Under the pieces are notes generated by a model. That model made no database searches. It had not been told where the DNA came from and was given only the letters and a program-made list of their open reading frames with translations. Of a stretch of DNA of 64,000 nt, positions 34,301 through 47,824 are shown piece by piece; the stretch's first letter is position 1; each line of letters starts with the position of its first letter. Source of the stretch: Chrysomallon squamiferum (Eukaryota > Animalia > Mollusca); the NCBI GenBank assembly GCA_012295275.1, contig CM022670.1, positions 6,510,001 through 6,574,000 of the forward strand, given 5' to 3'. The position numbers were made by a program, and so were the translations under genes.

Positions 34301-36523
34301 CAGTGTGTGATTCGTTTTACTGACTTTGTGGTAGAGACAGAACATTTAAATAATTCAAACATGTTACTACTTATAAATATCTGTCTGCATGCACACACGC
34401 ACGCACACATGCACAGACATTCAGACATCTATCTCTTTCGCCCTCTTTAAGTTATTTATTTATTTCTCAAGGTAAATTTGTTGATTGCTTTTAATTGATA
34501 ATCCATAAGAAAATGTCTCCTTTCACTTCTGTTTCACAAAAATGAAGAAATCAGAATAAATAAATAATGTAAATAAAGAAATAAGAATAAAGAAATAATG
34601 TAAATAAAGAAATAAAAAAATAAAAATGTAAATAAAGAAAAAAAATAATAATAATGTAAACAAAGAAATAAAAATAAATATATAATGTAAATAAAGAAAA
34701 AAAAAAAAAGAAAAAAAAAGGAAATAAAGAAATAAGCTCTGTGTTACAGAAACACTGCAGTCGAATGAAGCTAGCCGTCCGAAGAAGATTCAAACCGTCC
34801 CTGTTTCAGCACATTGGCATTACTTCTTCCTTGAAGGGCAAAGTCCAGAAACTAAAGGTACTCATTATCAATTAGAAAATTCCTTTATTTCAGTTTTATT
34901 ACAGGCAACGTCATCGGGTTCAGGGAATTTGCAGAAAATGGTTGTTTTAAAATCAGTGGTTTTATTCCTTTGTTCTTTTGCCATCATAGCTATCTATTCT
35001 AATAAATAAAACTTGGTGATGAATAAAACACTGTATTTATAAATCTCTGTGTTTAGGACAAAGATTTTGGGAAGCTTGGACTTTATCGAGCACATGTGAA
35101 TCCATCGGCCACTCTGTCAACCTCGCTGAAAACCTACAAGAAATACCAACTCATCAAAGCCTACGTTGGGGAAACTTTCTTCTGGGCCACCAACCCCAAT
35201 GATGGGGACGTTATTGATATAAAATTTACACCACCCGTAGACATTGAAAAGTATTTGTTTTACTTTAGTTTTCCCTTTTGTAACTTGTACACTTTATTGT
35301 ACTTATTGTTGTATCAGAATTGTGTTTTGTTAATCTAACAGTGTACTTGTCTTAATGACCATAATTAAATGTGAAAAATTTGTAGTTATTCTTAACTGTT
35401 GTTTATATATTTTGTTTATTTATTTATTTATTTATTTATTTACTTATTTATTTATTTATTTAATTTGTTTTTATATTATTATTATAATTTTATTTATTTT
35501 TTTTTTTTTTTTTTTACAGTTGTTATTTCAGAAAAAAAGTTTGTGTATATATAAATAACAATTTATATTGCACCTATTGATTTTGAATTTTACTTTATAT
35601 ATTTCCCGTCTGAGTTAAAAGCATATTTAATTAAAATACAGCTACTTGCATACTCACGCACTCATATGTTTGTACTTGTTTTCACAGGTTTTTGTTCCGC
35701 AGTGGTAATGCTGATCACATGGATGATCGTTTATACGATGCAACTCTTGAAATTCTTCCAGCTGAGCCCCCCAAGGGGCCTGTGTATTTGCCAAAGTTAG
35801 GGTTTGAAAAACAAGCAAAAGACGATGGTTATTATGTTATAGGACAGTTCAATGACAAAGGTTTTGCAGAGGGTGAGGTTCCAGTCAGCTTGGGAAAGAC
35901 AGATGTGCTGCGAATACACTTCCATTCCAAGAGTGAAAACTGGGTAATTCTGAGTGAGGTAAGAAATCATAATTTCACCATAATAGTATTTGTGTCTGTG
36001 TGTTATGCAATGAAATTAAATTGTACTCTCCGTTAAATGAACAAACATTTATGTCATGTAAACATAATAATAAATAATTAATTAAAAAATGTTTATTATA
36101 AAGAAATAAACATCAGCTATTTTAGTTTAGCTTAATAACATTACTACTACTAATAAACTGCTCTAGAAACCTGAAATAATTGTTCAGTCCTCTATAATGT
36201 TCTATATTTTAAAATGAAGAATAAGCATTTTACCTACCAACATGTTAAATGGGCTGAAGTGATTGTTGATTTTTAAAATGTAATTAAAATGTCTGTTTGT
36301 TGTTAATTATAAAATATTTATTTATAATTTATATTAAAATGATTTTTTTTTTTTTTTTTTTTTTTGATAGCAAAATTTAATATATTCACAATTCATATTA
36401 AAATGTTTTGTATCTAATTAAGAGTAAAATAAGTGTGTAATTAATATTAAAGCAATATATATATATATAATAAAATATTGTGTATTTATTTTACAGATAC
36501 TGATCAAGGAAAGGAAAGGATAA
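24206..36523 (+). CDS. MGAT4: Alpha-1,3-mannosyl-glycoprotein 4-beta-N-acetylglucosaminyltransferase (GnT-IV, GT54; MGAT4A/B-type), 13 coding exons (whole gene)
   Basis: N-terminal RLRN plus TM anchor and coiled-coil stem. Conserved blocks [58 protein letters not shown] and [23 protein letters not shown]-terminal lectin domain FRSGN...WVILSEI. All junctions phase-consistent. Confidence 0.96.
24259..24455. repeat. 102-bp duplication of the MGAT4 exon 1 end plus donor
   Basis: ttttacaccactt...ttgtctttcttctcacaaaatggtaag at 24259 and 24361. Confidence 0.9.
24655..24867. repeat. ~210-bp dispersed repeat, copy 1 (copy 2 at ~27598-27805)
   Basis: Shared atccatagaaaaataaaat...acagtattagcactaag.aacaccagagatgataataattacactgt. 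Confidence 0.85.
25541..25712 (+). CDS. MGAT4: MGAT4 exon 2 (coiled-coil stem)
   Basis: [25 protein letters not shown]; ttttcag acceptor, AG|gtaaat donor. Confidence 0.92.
27598..27805. repeat. ~210-bp dispersed repeat, copy 2
   Basis: Direct repeat of 24655-24867. Confidence 0.85.
27910..28067 (+). CDS. MGAT4: MGAT4 exon 3
   Basis: [30 protein letters not shown]. Confidence 0.9.
29009..29142 (+). CDS. MGAT4: MGAT4 exon 4
   Basis: [26 protein letters not shown]...LFIAE. Confidence 0.95.
29958..30070. repeat. 31-bp tandem repeat x~3.6
   Basis: ggtaatgcataatcattacaaatacaaataa. Confidence 0.92.
30128..30177 (+). CDS. MGAT4: MGAT4 exon 5
   Basis: [16 protein letters not shown]; 50 nt; donor gtgagt; bridges phases 0->2. 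Confidence 0.9.
30895..31008 (+). CDS. MGAT4: MGAT4 exon 6
   Basis: [37 protein letters not shown]. Confidence 0.95.
31308..31367. repeat. (TAT)n microsatellite just upstream of MGAT4 exon 7
   Basis: Perfect TAT run. Confidence 0.95.
31387..31462 (+). CDS. MGAT4: MGAT4 exon 7
   Basis: [25 protein letters not shown]; 76 nt. Confidence 0.95.
32366..32409 (+). CDS. MGAT4: Candidate alternative MGAT4 microexon (24 nt to donor 32390, or 44 nt to donor 32410)
   Basis: GC-rich island in an AT-rich intron: cttttgttcag|GTGCATGCCAGTCGGTTCTCTGCG|gtaatt, with a second donor ctg|gtaaag. Confidence 0.5.
33465..33468 (+). CDS. MGAT4: Candidate 4-nt MGAT4 microexon (CATG)
   Basis: ttgtcttccag|CATG|gtaagt: consensus donor and a ~170-nt AG-free zone upstream. 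Confidence 0.55.
33722..33836 (+). CDS. MGAT4: MGAT4 exon 8 (EDD motif)
   Basis: [11 protein letters not shown]...[12 protein letters not shown]. Confidence 0.95.
34168..34298 (+). CDS. MGAT4: MGAT4 exon 9
   Basis: [44 protein letters not shown]. Confidence 0.95.
34750..34857 (+). CDS. MGAT4: MGAT4 exon 10
   Basis: [36 protein letters not shown]. Confidence 0.95.
35057..35250 (+). CDS. MGAT4: MGAT4 exon 11
   Basis: DKDFGK...[15 protein letters not shown]...[13 protein letters not shown]. Confidence 0.94.
35688..35958 (+). CDS. MGAT4: MGAT4 exon 12 (lectin domain)
   Basis: [13 protein letters not shown]...WVILSE|gtaaga. Confidence 0.95.
36497..36523 (+). CDS. MGAT4: MGAT4 exon 13 (terminal)
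   Basis: ttttacag|ILIKERKG*; completes WVILSEILIK. Confidence 0.88.
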   Translation: MLIKERKG

Positions 36524-36852
36524 TCACAAACAAAAAATCATAGCACTTCTGTTTGTATGGCAGTAACATATAGCTGTGTTTGTTATGAAGGAACCACATT
36601 TTTTTTTTTTCAGTATTTCATAAACAACAAAGTGTATGTTAGTGAAACATATGAGTCTGTTTGTCTCAATCATGGTGCTGTAAACCATTTTTGTGTCTGT
36701 CCACCAGAATGCCAAACCATCTTACATTTATCTACATTTTAAATTGGTTCTTCTTGCTAGTCTTATTATTTGTTGCGATTTTATTTATTATATTTTATCA
36801 TTAAGTGGTATTACATGTTAATTTGTTTTGTTTTGTTTTTTGTATTTTTGTC

Positions 36853-37085
36853 CTAGATAAAGGTAACAGCATTAGGAATGTAACATATTTTAGATTTTAC
36901 ATGTTGAACTCAGAATTATGTAGTTTAATTACATCTAGATAAATGTAACAGGCATTAAGAATGTAACATATTTTGGATTGTACATGTTGAACACAAAATT
37001 GTGCATTTTAATTTAATCCAGATAAATGTAACAGCATTAAGAATGTAACATATTTTAGAATTTATGTGTTGGAACTCAAAATTAT
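36853..37085. repeat. ~82-bp tandem repeat x3 in the MGAT4 3' region
   Basis: agataaa.gtaacagcattaagaatgtaacatatttt repeated. Confidence 0.85.
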
Positions 37086-40000
37086 CCTGTTTAAATATCT
37101 TTTGTTAATTGCATAAAATTTAAAAAAGTAAAAAAGAATAGAATTAAAAAGAAATGGGATGTTTCTAGGGTTGATAAATTTGTTTTAAATTAAAAAAATA
37201 AATTTCTTAAAATTTTAGAAAATAGGCTTTTTATAACTTGTTTTTTATTTGACAGATATATGTAATGTAATAAAATACTTTTTTTTTTTTTTTTTTTAAA
37301 TTGATGAATATTTTAGGCCAAAGAAAAGTTTTACAATAATGTTTAAAAGCAAATTTCTAGAATTGTCCAACAGGATAAATACCTATTTATTTGAATTTAT
37401 TAATTTGTATTTGTATTATATGTATGTACATATTAGTTCAGTGGCTTTGTTTTTTTGTTGTTCAGTCTCCTTATTACTGCCACTTCATCCTGTTATGTTT
37501 TTTTTTCACTTATGTCTGGTAACCAAGATTTGCACAGTAAAATCATCTACCTCACACTAGGGCACACAGAGCTCTTGGAATACAACGAAAAACTTGGCCA
37601 CCACAGGAGCAATACTTGTTTCTTTTAAGTGTCTGTTACATACAAAAATAACCATTGCACTTGGCTCCAATTTTCAGATTTTTTTTTTTTTTTTTTCTAG
37701 ATCATTGTTGAAAATATTTTTGTATGAATATAGGATGTGTGTTAATATATTCTCTTTTACTGTTTAAATTAGTTTCTAAGTTAAATTTATTGTTTTAAAA
37801 TCACGACTTTTATCACATTTTGATACTTTGTAAAGTTTATAACAGAATGGAATGTTTTTAATGTTTTATTTTTTCATAATCTGTGTTGAAACGTAATGAT
37901 GAAAGAATTCTACTTGGTCACTTTCGGTTCAAATCCTATCGGCTGATTGATAGTTGTTTTTGTTTATAAATTGTGATAGTCAAATTTTTTAAAGTTACAG
38001 TAGCATGTGAAATATTATTACTTTTTTATGTTTCAGATAGACTAGCTATTTAAATAGAGATGACATTTTTCTCTTCTGTGCAGTTATGATTTAGAATATT
38101 GAAATACTGCAAAAAGCTGTTTACTGAAGCGTGAAATCTAGTCATGCATCATGGTATACTGCCATTTTTTTCAGTGAATATTAAATCTTGTCGATATTGT
38201 TTTCATAAAATAAACACTTACATATAAACATTTTAATAATGATTACTTGATGTCGTATTCTTGATCATTTTTAATGTAGTTTGAGAAAAGAAGGAAGACA
38301 TCTACCACAACTAGAAAATGATAAATATTCGTTTTCAAGCATTTTCATTAATATAAATATTAATGGTAACAATAAAAACAATAAATAAAAAACAATGATA
38401 AATATGTAACAGTAGCAATAAAAATAATATAATAATAAAATGATTTTGATACATGAATCATACTTACCAGTAGGCAGATACATTTTTATGCGTCTATCCA
38501 TGTTAACTTTCCATTTTTAAAATTTTCTACACAAAACTTTTCGTCTATGTTGAATGTTAACTGTTTAATTGAAAGGGTTGGAAATTGTGTTTTTAAATAT
38601 CCCATAGTGCATTGTGGTAAAACATACAAATATGTTTCTAGTGGTTTTGTTGCAGATTGTACATTATCTGTCATCATCAAGTTAAATATTTACACAAGAT
38701 GTTTATGCAGTGTTTATTTTCTATATTCACAAATATTTACATATTTCTAGTCTGCAAGTAAGAGGTGAGGATTAGTTTTAACTTATAATTCAACTTCATG
38801 CATTATCTTTTCTCATTAGTGTCCATTTGTCTGTCAGTCCAAACAAGTGTTTTTATAAAAACTTAAAAAACATATATAAACTTGTTTAAACATCAACTGT
38901 ATCCCCTCACAATTAGTTGACCCACGAACACTTACAAACTATAACAGTTCGAACATTAAAGATAAATTTTAGCTCTAAACTGATATAAACAAACTCTAGA
39001 AGACCATTTCAATAGCTGACCTAACTAAAATACTTTAAATTATTTATCTACATCTGTAGATATACATTATAATATGAATATTAAAGGTCTTTTATTTGAC
39101 ATACCTTTCTAAAATTAATGTAAAAAAAAATGTCAGAATAGTTTTCTCTCTTTTTCTGTGTTTCTGTGACAAATATAATCCAGGTTCTATATTATGTGTG
39201 CTATTTACATGCTATACAATATATGTTGTATACAACTTTTGTACAATAACATACATTTTTTACTTACATTTAACAATTATATTTATGACAACCACAACTG
39301 TTCAAGATTCTCAGCTTGTTAAATTTTTTATTTTGTATTGGATGTGCAATATTCTGACTTGTTATCTATTTTATCAAATTCTTTTTAACAACTCCTCTTG
39401 TAACTGACAACCTTGGCAAAAGGGCCACTGTTCAAAATGGGCAGCTAAAACATCATTTAGTATATGATTTACATTTTAAAGTCTGCTGACAAAACATTTC
39501 TGTACATAATCTGTTGTTTTTTTAAATTAAAACACTTCTTTATTTTAATTATCTGGAAAAGATTCTTTTGAATTACTTTGCTTTTAAATTAAACTTAACA
39601 TTTTTGAAGGATTTTAACCTGTGATTTACAAACATAGATTTTTCCTGTATTTGGAAACTAGTCGTCTTAATTTTTCTCTTGTTAGGTTAACTGCTTTTAG
39701 TGAAATCCTTTGTTTTTTGTTTATTTTTTAAACTTTTGTACACACACACTATTAAACATTTTTTTTCTTATTTGTTGTATTTGAGTTATGTTCAAATACA
39801 TACACCCACACCCACACATAGGTATTATTGAAAATTTGAGTATTTGTAAAAATAATTGAAGAAAATAGTTACAGTCTTCAAATTATTTATTACTGTATTT
39901 ATGAGTGGATGAAAATGGACGCACATAATTTTTCTTTATAAATAAAATTTGACCAAGTTATATTGTATATTTATTACGAATGCAAAATATTTTATTAAAA

Positions 40001-43000
40001 AACTGTAGAATTTATATTTTTTGTTTTTAATATAAAAAGAAAAGAAAATATATAAATTTAAAGTCGTAATAATAAGTTATTTATTAGCTGATTTCAAATT
40101 ACATACAATTTTGCAATTTTGCATTTGCTTCTTTTTAAATTTTTAAAGAAATTTGGCTAAATACTGTTTTATTTATTTTCAACAATAAATAAATATAAAA
40201 TTATTTAAATTTTAACCTCCTTGTTAGTCTTAATTTTTGTGGGTTTTTTGTTTTGTTTATATGAAATAAATGTTTAGAATCGTAGAATATTTTTTAAATT
40301 ATTTATTACTTTTTGAAAACTGTTTGTAAATATCTGACGCTTGTATAGATCTTCTGTTTGTTAACAGATTATTTGTCTGTATGTAACAATAGTTTTACAA
40401 CTTCTGTCAGCATTGATAACAGAATTTACAATAAAACTGGTCATAAAACTGATTTCATAATTTAATTCCTTTATATTAATCAAGCAGAGACTGTGTATAT
40501 TATTTCATTTTAATTTGGACTGAATGAAATTGTTGTTATTATTTTGATCAGTATTTTAATCCATCCCTAAGTGCAAAAGTAAATATTGAATATTTTAAAT
40601 ACTTAACCAATTTTTATTTTATTTTTTTATTATTTAATTTATTTATATTAATAATGAATATTTCTTGTCAACGATGAAATCTTCCAGAATATGAAATTTA
40701 AAATAATCAGAACCAAATTAGGCAAGGCAAAAATTTTCATTATGTTTATATATTTTTATCTCTGGATTTGAAAAGTAAAACAAAGTTGAAATAAGTTTAA
40801 AAGTTAAATTAAGAAATATTTTCAATCCTGCTTACACTTGAAGACAATGATTTCAGAAATTGTTTTTATATTTAGAACATGAGAAACCAGCTCAGTGTCA
40901 GGCCACTAGGAATGGATTAAGACTTGACAAGGAGACTGCAGTGTGCAGTATGATTAATAATTTCAGTTTGTAGAAATTTGTAAGTATGAAGATTGTTGCT
41001 TAAATATTGTATATCACCAGAAACATCTAGTCAGTATTAAAAACCTGTGATGTTTTCATTTTGTTATTTATTAATTAGTTGTTAACTGTTGCTGGAATTT
41101 TATTATAAAAAGCTGCTTTTTAATTAGCAGCAAGAATGTTTAAGCAAGATCTGGAGAGTGCCTGGTAACACACAGAAAAACATATTCTTGACCTCACCAT
41201 TGAATCACAAATACCTTTTCTCTCTTAAGAAAAAAAAAAAAAATCATTTAATTTACTTTCTACATTGAGTGATACATAAAAGATAGAAATTCTTGAATAC
41301 ATTAAATTGTAAATCTTTTTCACCACTCCAGTATGAAGCCTGGATATCATTTAGCTGTACCATAGTTAAACAAAAAAAACCCTGCCATTATGCTCATCTC
41401 AAGTTAAACTGTTACTACAAAACTTGATCACTATTTTAAAAGCAAACACAGAGATGAAATATTGAAATGTTTATTTTTTCAGTGTGACACTGATACAATA
41501 AATAGGGTACATGTTTGATTTCTCTCTCCATGCCAATCAGCAGCCTTCATCTGAGTCATGGAGCAAAGCACTATGGGTAATCACACACAATAACAAAAAA
41601 AAAACACAGTAACAAATCGGTCTAAGCATTAAAATGAAAAATCTCATGGAGTATATCTTCTAGTTACATCATTCTGTAACATATTTACATACAAAGAATA
41701 TTTTTTAAAATGAGGTTAGTTTTTTTGTTTTTTTTAAATATCATCTGTCAGACTTTTAAAAAAAAATAAAAAAAAATTATATTGCTAGCAGATACAGCTT
41801 AATTTGTTAAACAAAGATGGTAATGATAGCAAATTAGCAAATATTTGTTTTTTCAACAGTGGTATTGTTTACAAATCAACAACCAAGACGTTGTGAAAAT
41901 AGTTCCATAAATTTCCTGAGCTGAGTTATATCAAAATAATGTAACGAAGTGATTTATATAAAATAATTTAAATGTTTTTTTAGACAAAATTATATTTTTA
42001 AATGATCATTACTCATTTAAATGGTTAGTAACAACAACAAAAATAATAGTAAAATAATTATTTACACTCCATGATGCTATAAATTAAAACTTTTTAAAGT
42101 GAACTTTAGAAACCTGAACATTAACTTCATTAAAAAAAAAAAAAGGTTTAAATAACAAACGTTTTTCAACTGATTTTTACACTTGTAATTTCGCACATCA
42201 CCAAAATCTACATTTAATTGCTATTTTTAGCAACTCTTAAATGTTTTTCATGACCATTGCTTAATTACAAATTACTAAATAAAAATTTAGAAATTAAATT
42301 TGAAAAAAAAAAAAAATGTAACATGATTATAATGAGGATGTGTCTACCTGTCAATTACTGAAATTGTAGTATTTACTAATATTTTGTGATATGATCTGGA
42401 AAGCAAATTATTCTTTTTCTTTTTTATTATTGCTATTTGTGATGTGATGGGTAAACTCCAACTCCAAAAGGTTATTTAAAACACATCTAATTTATAAATG
42501 AATAATAGTTATAAAAACATTAAAAATATTGGCAGTAAAACCAAATAAAATATATATATTAAACAAAGAAGAAAACGCAAATATTCATGATTTCAAAATA
42601 AGAACATAACTTTGAAACTACAGAATGTAAATGTTTCTGAAATTTAAAATTACAAATTAAAGAGAAATTAAGAATTTGGTAAACTTCCAAAATTGACCAC
42701 GGATGTTTCAATGGGCAATAAAATGTTTATTATTTTACACCTGAATTAAAACAGATCACATCACATAATATTCCTGATTATAATGTACTAACAAACTAAA
42801 TGTTAATCTGCAATGAACTGTAAAAATCAATTTCATTGATCTGTTTCATTTAGTGCTGAAACAAGATATAAATTCTACAAACTCACTGAGATAATCATAA
42901 ACTTTATTTAAAATAAATATTTGCAATCCGACATTCAAATTAAAAAAAAAAAAAACAAGTTAAAAGAGAAATTCACCGGATTGCATTTCACATAAAAAAA

Positions 43001-46000
43001 AATGAGAATATCACAATAATGAAAATTAAATTATTAAAATATGTTAGAATGTATGTACAATAAGTTAAATATCTTCATAAACACTCGCTGGTATTTACAA
43101 CATGAAAACTCCTATTTACAGTGTGTTAACTTGGCAAGATACTGCATGAAGTGTGTGTATGTGTGTTTATATAATGAAAGTTTTAATAAATATATTATTT
43201 GTCTTCTTCAAAACACACACGTTTACCCTACAAAAGTTTCTTTTTTTCTACTTAACCTTTTTCTACCAGTAAAGTTTTTTTCAATATAATAAACGTAAAA
43301 TATTGCTTCTTTGCTTTATAAAATAATTTTTCTACACCTTACATGTGTTTTTCTCAAATGTACTATAAAAAATATCTTTCTATAACATGAACTTTTCTAA
43401 TCATGAAAGTTCTACTAAAAAACAAATGAAAGTTTTTCAACTTAATGCAAAGAACTTTTCTAAAATGAACACAATTTTTTTAATAATTTGTTTTCTTATT
43501 TTTGAAGTAATATAAATTTATTTCTAAGTAACAAAAATAAATAAATAAAGAAAGAAAGAAATAAAGAAATAAAGAAATAAATAAAGAAAAATAAAAATGA
43601 TTTTTATGCATCAAACACAAACAACAAGATCACTGATCACAATTACTTACTAATGATAAAATTTTCACTTAAGCTGGGTACAAACGTTTCTCACAGGGTT
43701 TTAACAGTGAAAGTTAATGGTGATATTTACTTATATCAATAAGAAAACAAATTCAAAATTATACACCCCAATTCCTAAATAAAATAATAAATAAAAAAAT
43801 AAAAATAAATATATATTTTTTTAAATCCATAAAGAATTGAAAGCAAACAATTTTAACTTAGCTTTATATTATATCTAATTATTTTCAAAAAAAAAAAAAA
43901 AAAAAAGATGGAGGAAAAAGTAAACTGCAAGTGTTTGTAAGATGAAGTAAAAAAAAACAAAGGTAAAGAAATGTGGATTGTTGTTTTTTGCCAGTATTAA
44001 CAGTCACACCCATTGACACAGGTTTAAAATCTAATTTAGGAATCTAACGAGAGAAAGTAAAACACACACTCTTCTTTAACAGTGTGCTTGACAAAAGCAG
44101 CCTCTGCCAGTGACAGGAGAAGTGTATATTAATTAAACACTGCGATATATGTTCAGTAAACCTGCGTTATACACTTGTGTAAACTTCCCACCCAGGAGTA
44201 GCCACAAAGGGAGGCAACTTGTCACAGAATGAGACATTTTCTCAACAAAGCCGGTGTTGACTTATTAGGTTCTGGTTTGAATGGGGAACTAGCAGCATCA
44301 GCAGCAAGCACCTCACAACTACATACAACCCATCAAACACTGCTCCCATCCTTTCACTTTTTTAAAAACCTTTTTTTTTTTTCCTTCCCCTAATCTGCAT
44401 ACTGCTGTTTATTTTATTCACCACAACCTATGTAGGTTTACTCACACACCTGTCAGTGCAAGCCTAATTACTGCCTGACCCTACCAGCCAGGTGCAAAGA
44501 ACACCTGACACACCTATAAAGCCAGTGTAGAGCCCATTACTGCAGATTTAAATGAGGTGTGTCTGAACTTGGCGATGGCTGAGGAAAACGCCAGTCAAAC
44601 ACACGCCTAGTAGGAAAGTCTTCAGTAAATTTACATATGACCAAACCCATGTGACGCTGAATGTAGAAAAGTCTAACAAGTCTCCACAAACTCAACAGAC
44701 AGTGCTGTCTCGCTTTAATCAGTGTAAAATGTTCAGTGTACATTACAGAGAAATCAAGACAACTGAAAGTTTGATGACAAACTGGCCCACAGTTTCAGTC
44801 CCAAACAGTGAAAACTTAAAACTGTAGAAACAACTAAATTCACTTATTCTGACTCTCATCCATATCTTCCTTTACTCTCTCTCTTTCTCTTTCACCCTCT
44901 CTCTTTTTTTCATCCTCTCTCTCTTACACACTATTTTTATTTTTGTGATTCACTCTCAGTTTTTTTATTTTTCTCTCTCACACAGTGTGTAAAGCAAAAA
45001 TGAAAGTTTAAGATCAGGAAGAAAATAAATGTGTTGTTTGAATCTGAAAAGCAGATTTTTGTCTAGTTTTTCTTCTTTAGAGAAACGAAAAAGGAAAAAA
45101 GAAAAAAAAAAAAAAAGGAGCTACAACAAAATGAAACAGAAACCAATAACAAAGATAAATTAAAACTTTCTTTTCACTATAGGAAGACACCAGTTTAAAA
45201 AGTGGAAGATCAAATATCTGTAAATTAAATATATTAATATAATAAATTAACAAAATGTGTTTTCATTTTCATTACAAAAAACCCAAACAAAACACAAACA
45301 AAATCTTCTGATCACAGATGTGAAATCAGAAAAAAACACAAAAAAAAACAAACCCAGCAGTGTTTTCACAATAAAATATTTGTGTACCATAGCAAGAAAA
45401 AAATAAAAATAAAAATAAATTAAATAAATAAAATAAAATACAAAACAAGTAAACAAAAACATAAGTTTGAAATGTTTCAACTGGCATGATAATTTTAAAA
45501 TCTAAAAGAAAGTAATGAATTAGATATATTTCTTTTAAATCAAAGCCTTTAACATGATCAAATATATTATATATATTATTTTATCAAACTTAACAGTTTT
45601 TATTCATTTCTCAGTAACACATGTTAATTTTTTAACCATGATTATTTATAATTACTTACATGAGTACAATTCAAAAGATTTATTCAATATTTGGTCATCA
45701 CATAATATTTGGAAGTTGGCAACCTGTTTTGGTCATGTAAGTTTATTTTATTTCTTTTAAATATTTTATCTTATACTATCATGATAATGTCTGATTATGG
45801 GTGCCTTATTTTAATTATTGTTTCCAGTAACATAGAATAATAATAATATAATAATGATAATCATAACTTACCTAGTTTAGTCACTGATATTAACAAAATG
45901 ATTTCAATGTTTTATATTTTGTACTTTTTTTCTCTAATAACAATATTAGGTAATAACAAAATGTTTAACATAAATTACATTAATTAAAGTAACTTAATTC

Positions 46001-46933
46001 AAAATTTGTTCGAATAATTATTACATAAATGTTTGTAAATTTGTTTTGGATAAGATAACAGATTATTATACTTGTTTTCAAAGTTGTTTTAGATAATTAT
46101 CATATACCATCATTATTATTATAGCATTTAGTACTATTACTATATAGTTTTTGATTGGGATTTTTAACATATTTATTACATAGTTATTTAAATAATTATT
46201 TCTGTCATTATAAAATTTTTGTTTTTGTTTTACAAAGTTGGTTATTTAAATAATTATTTCAATTTTTCAATATTTAGTACACATTTATTTACATCATTAT
46301 TACATAGCTTTTGGTTTGTTTTTTAACATAATCATTAAACAGTTTTAAATACATAATTATTACATAATTGTTTAATTACTATTATATAGTTGTTTGGGGT
46401 TGATTTTTTTTTTTTTTTTTTCTCCCCAGATCATTTATTGCTTATATGGAAGACTGTAAAAGAGAAAAATAAACAATAAAATCAGTGATTTAATAAACTC
46501 AACAAAAGTTGTTCTTATCAGCAGTAACAAACTAAAACAAGAACAAACTGGGTTAAACAGAAACAAGCAGTGATAAAAATGTGTCATGGGAAGAAACCAA
46601 GTTATACTACACAGTGTATTACTACTTTTCAAACAACAATAATAATAATACAACAGAATAAAATGATAAATCTCATATATTATAAATTTATATATTTCTT
46701 AGCAGCTCAATTTACAAAAAAGCAGCAAGTTTGTTGTTTTTGTGTGTGTGTAAATGTGTGTGTACCAAAAGAGACAAAACTGATAAAAAAAAATAATTTT
46801 CACTCTTCGAGATATTACTTTGTGTATTTTTGCATTGTTGTTGTTGTTGTTGCTGTTGTTGTTGTAACAAAACAAAAGCAGAATCATCACTTTGCATTAT
46901 CTGTCAATATGTTTAACAAAATAAAGTAAAAAA

Positions 46934-46964
<31 letters not shown>

Positions 46965-47604
46965 GTAATAATATAAAATAATGAAAGTCATAAAACTTGA
47001 CAAAACAGTCCAAACAAGAAAACTGTTTGTAACTTGGTAATGACAAATAAACAACAAACCAGAATTGAAACATTTTAAACTCAGAAACGAAAACTCTTTA
47101 ACAAACAAGTATACCTGAGTTTCATTTCCAAAATTTTCAACATTAAAACTCACTTTTACTTAAACATCAGCTTAGTAATTCCTTCTGGATATCTCACACG
47201 TATAATTGTCTGGTAATATTATAAAATAGTATACAGCTGGAAGCATTAAATATATGAAGAGAAAAAAGTGACCTGATCTAGGTTTTCATGACAAATCACA
47301 CACTGGGTGAAGTGTTTGTTAAGTACTTTTGAAAAATGGAGCTGTAGTAGTTGATTGTAGCATGAAAGACAGCAGACATACAGAGAATGCCGATGTTGCT
47401 GGCACTGTCGAGGTCATCATCATCCTTGTTGTATGAGGACACAGTGAGGAGAACACTATGATCACTAACAACAACACATGTAGAGAGCATCTTGGAACAA
47501 ATGTCCTTTATAGACAGTGTCCACTGTTCCAAATGTGTACTGGTTGTACAGTGCATCTCTGTAATCAGGTTGACATGGTTGTAATGTCTTCCTCTAAAGA
47601 ATAC

Positions 47605-47821
47605 CTGCAAAAAAAAAAACAATTGACCAAATATATTCTACTTTATATTTAGTAAAGGTTGATCTTCAGCTTAAATCCAAAGATAAAACAATCATATGTA
47701 TGCACTTAATTTTTTAATTTTGATTTTATTAAAGATTAAATTGACAATAATGACAAAGCAAGCCAATGGTAAAATTCACGGATACAAATTATGATATAGT
47801 TAATAATTTAAAAAACCGAAC
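47605..47821 (-). other. Probable KLF 3'UTR intron starting 3 nt after the stop
   Basis: TGAAAG|gttcgg ... poly-T gcag|; AT-rich interior flanked by GC-richer sequence. Confidence 0.55.
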
Positions 47822-47824
47822 CTT

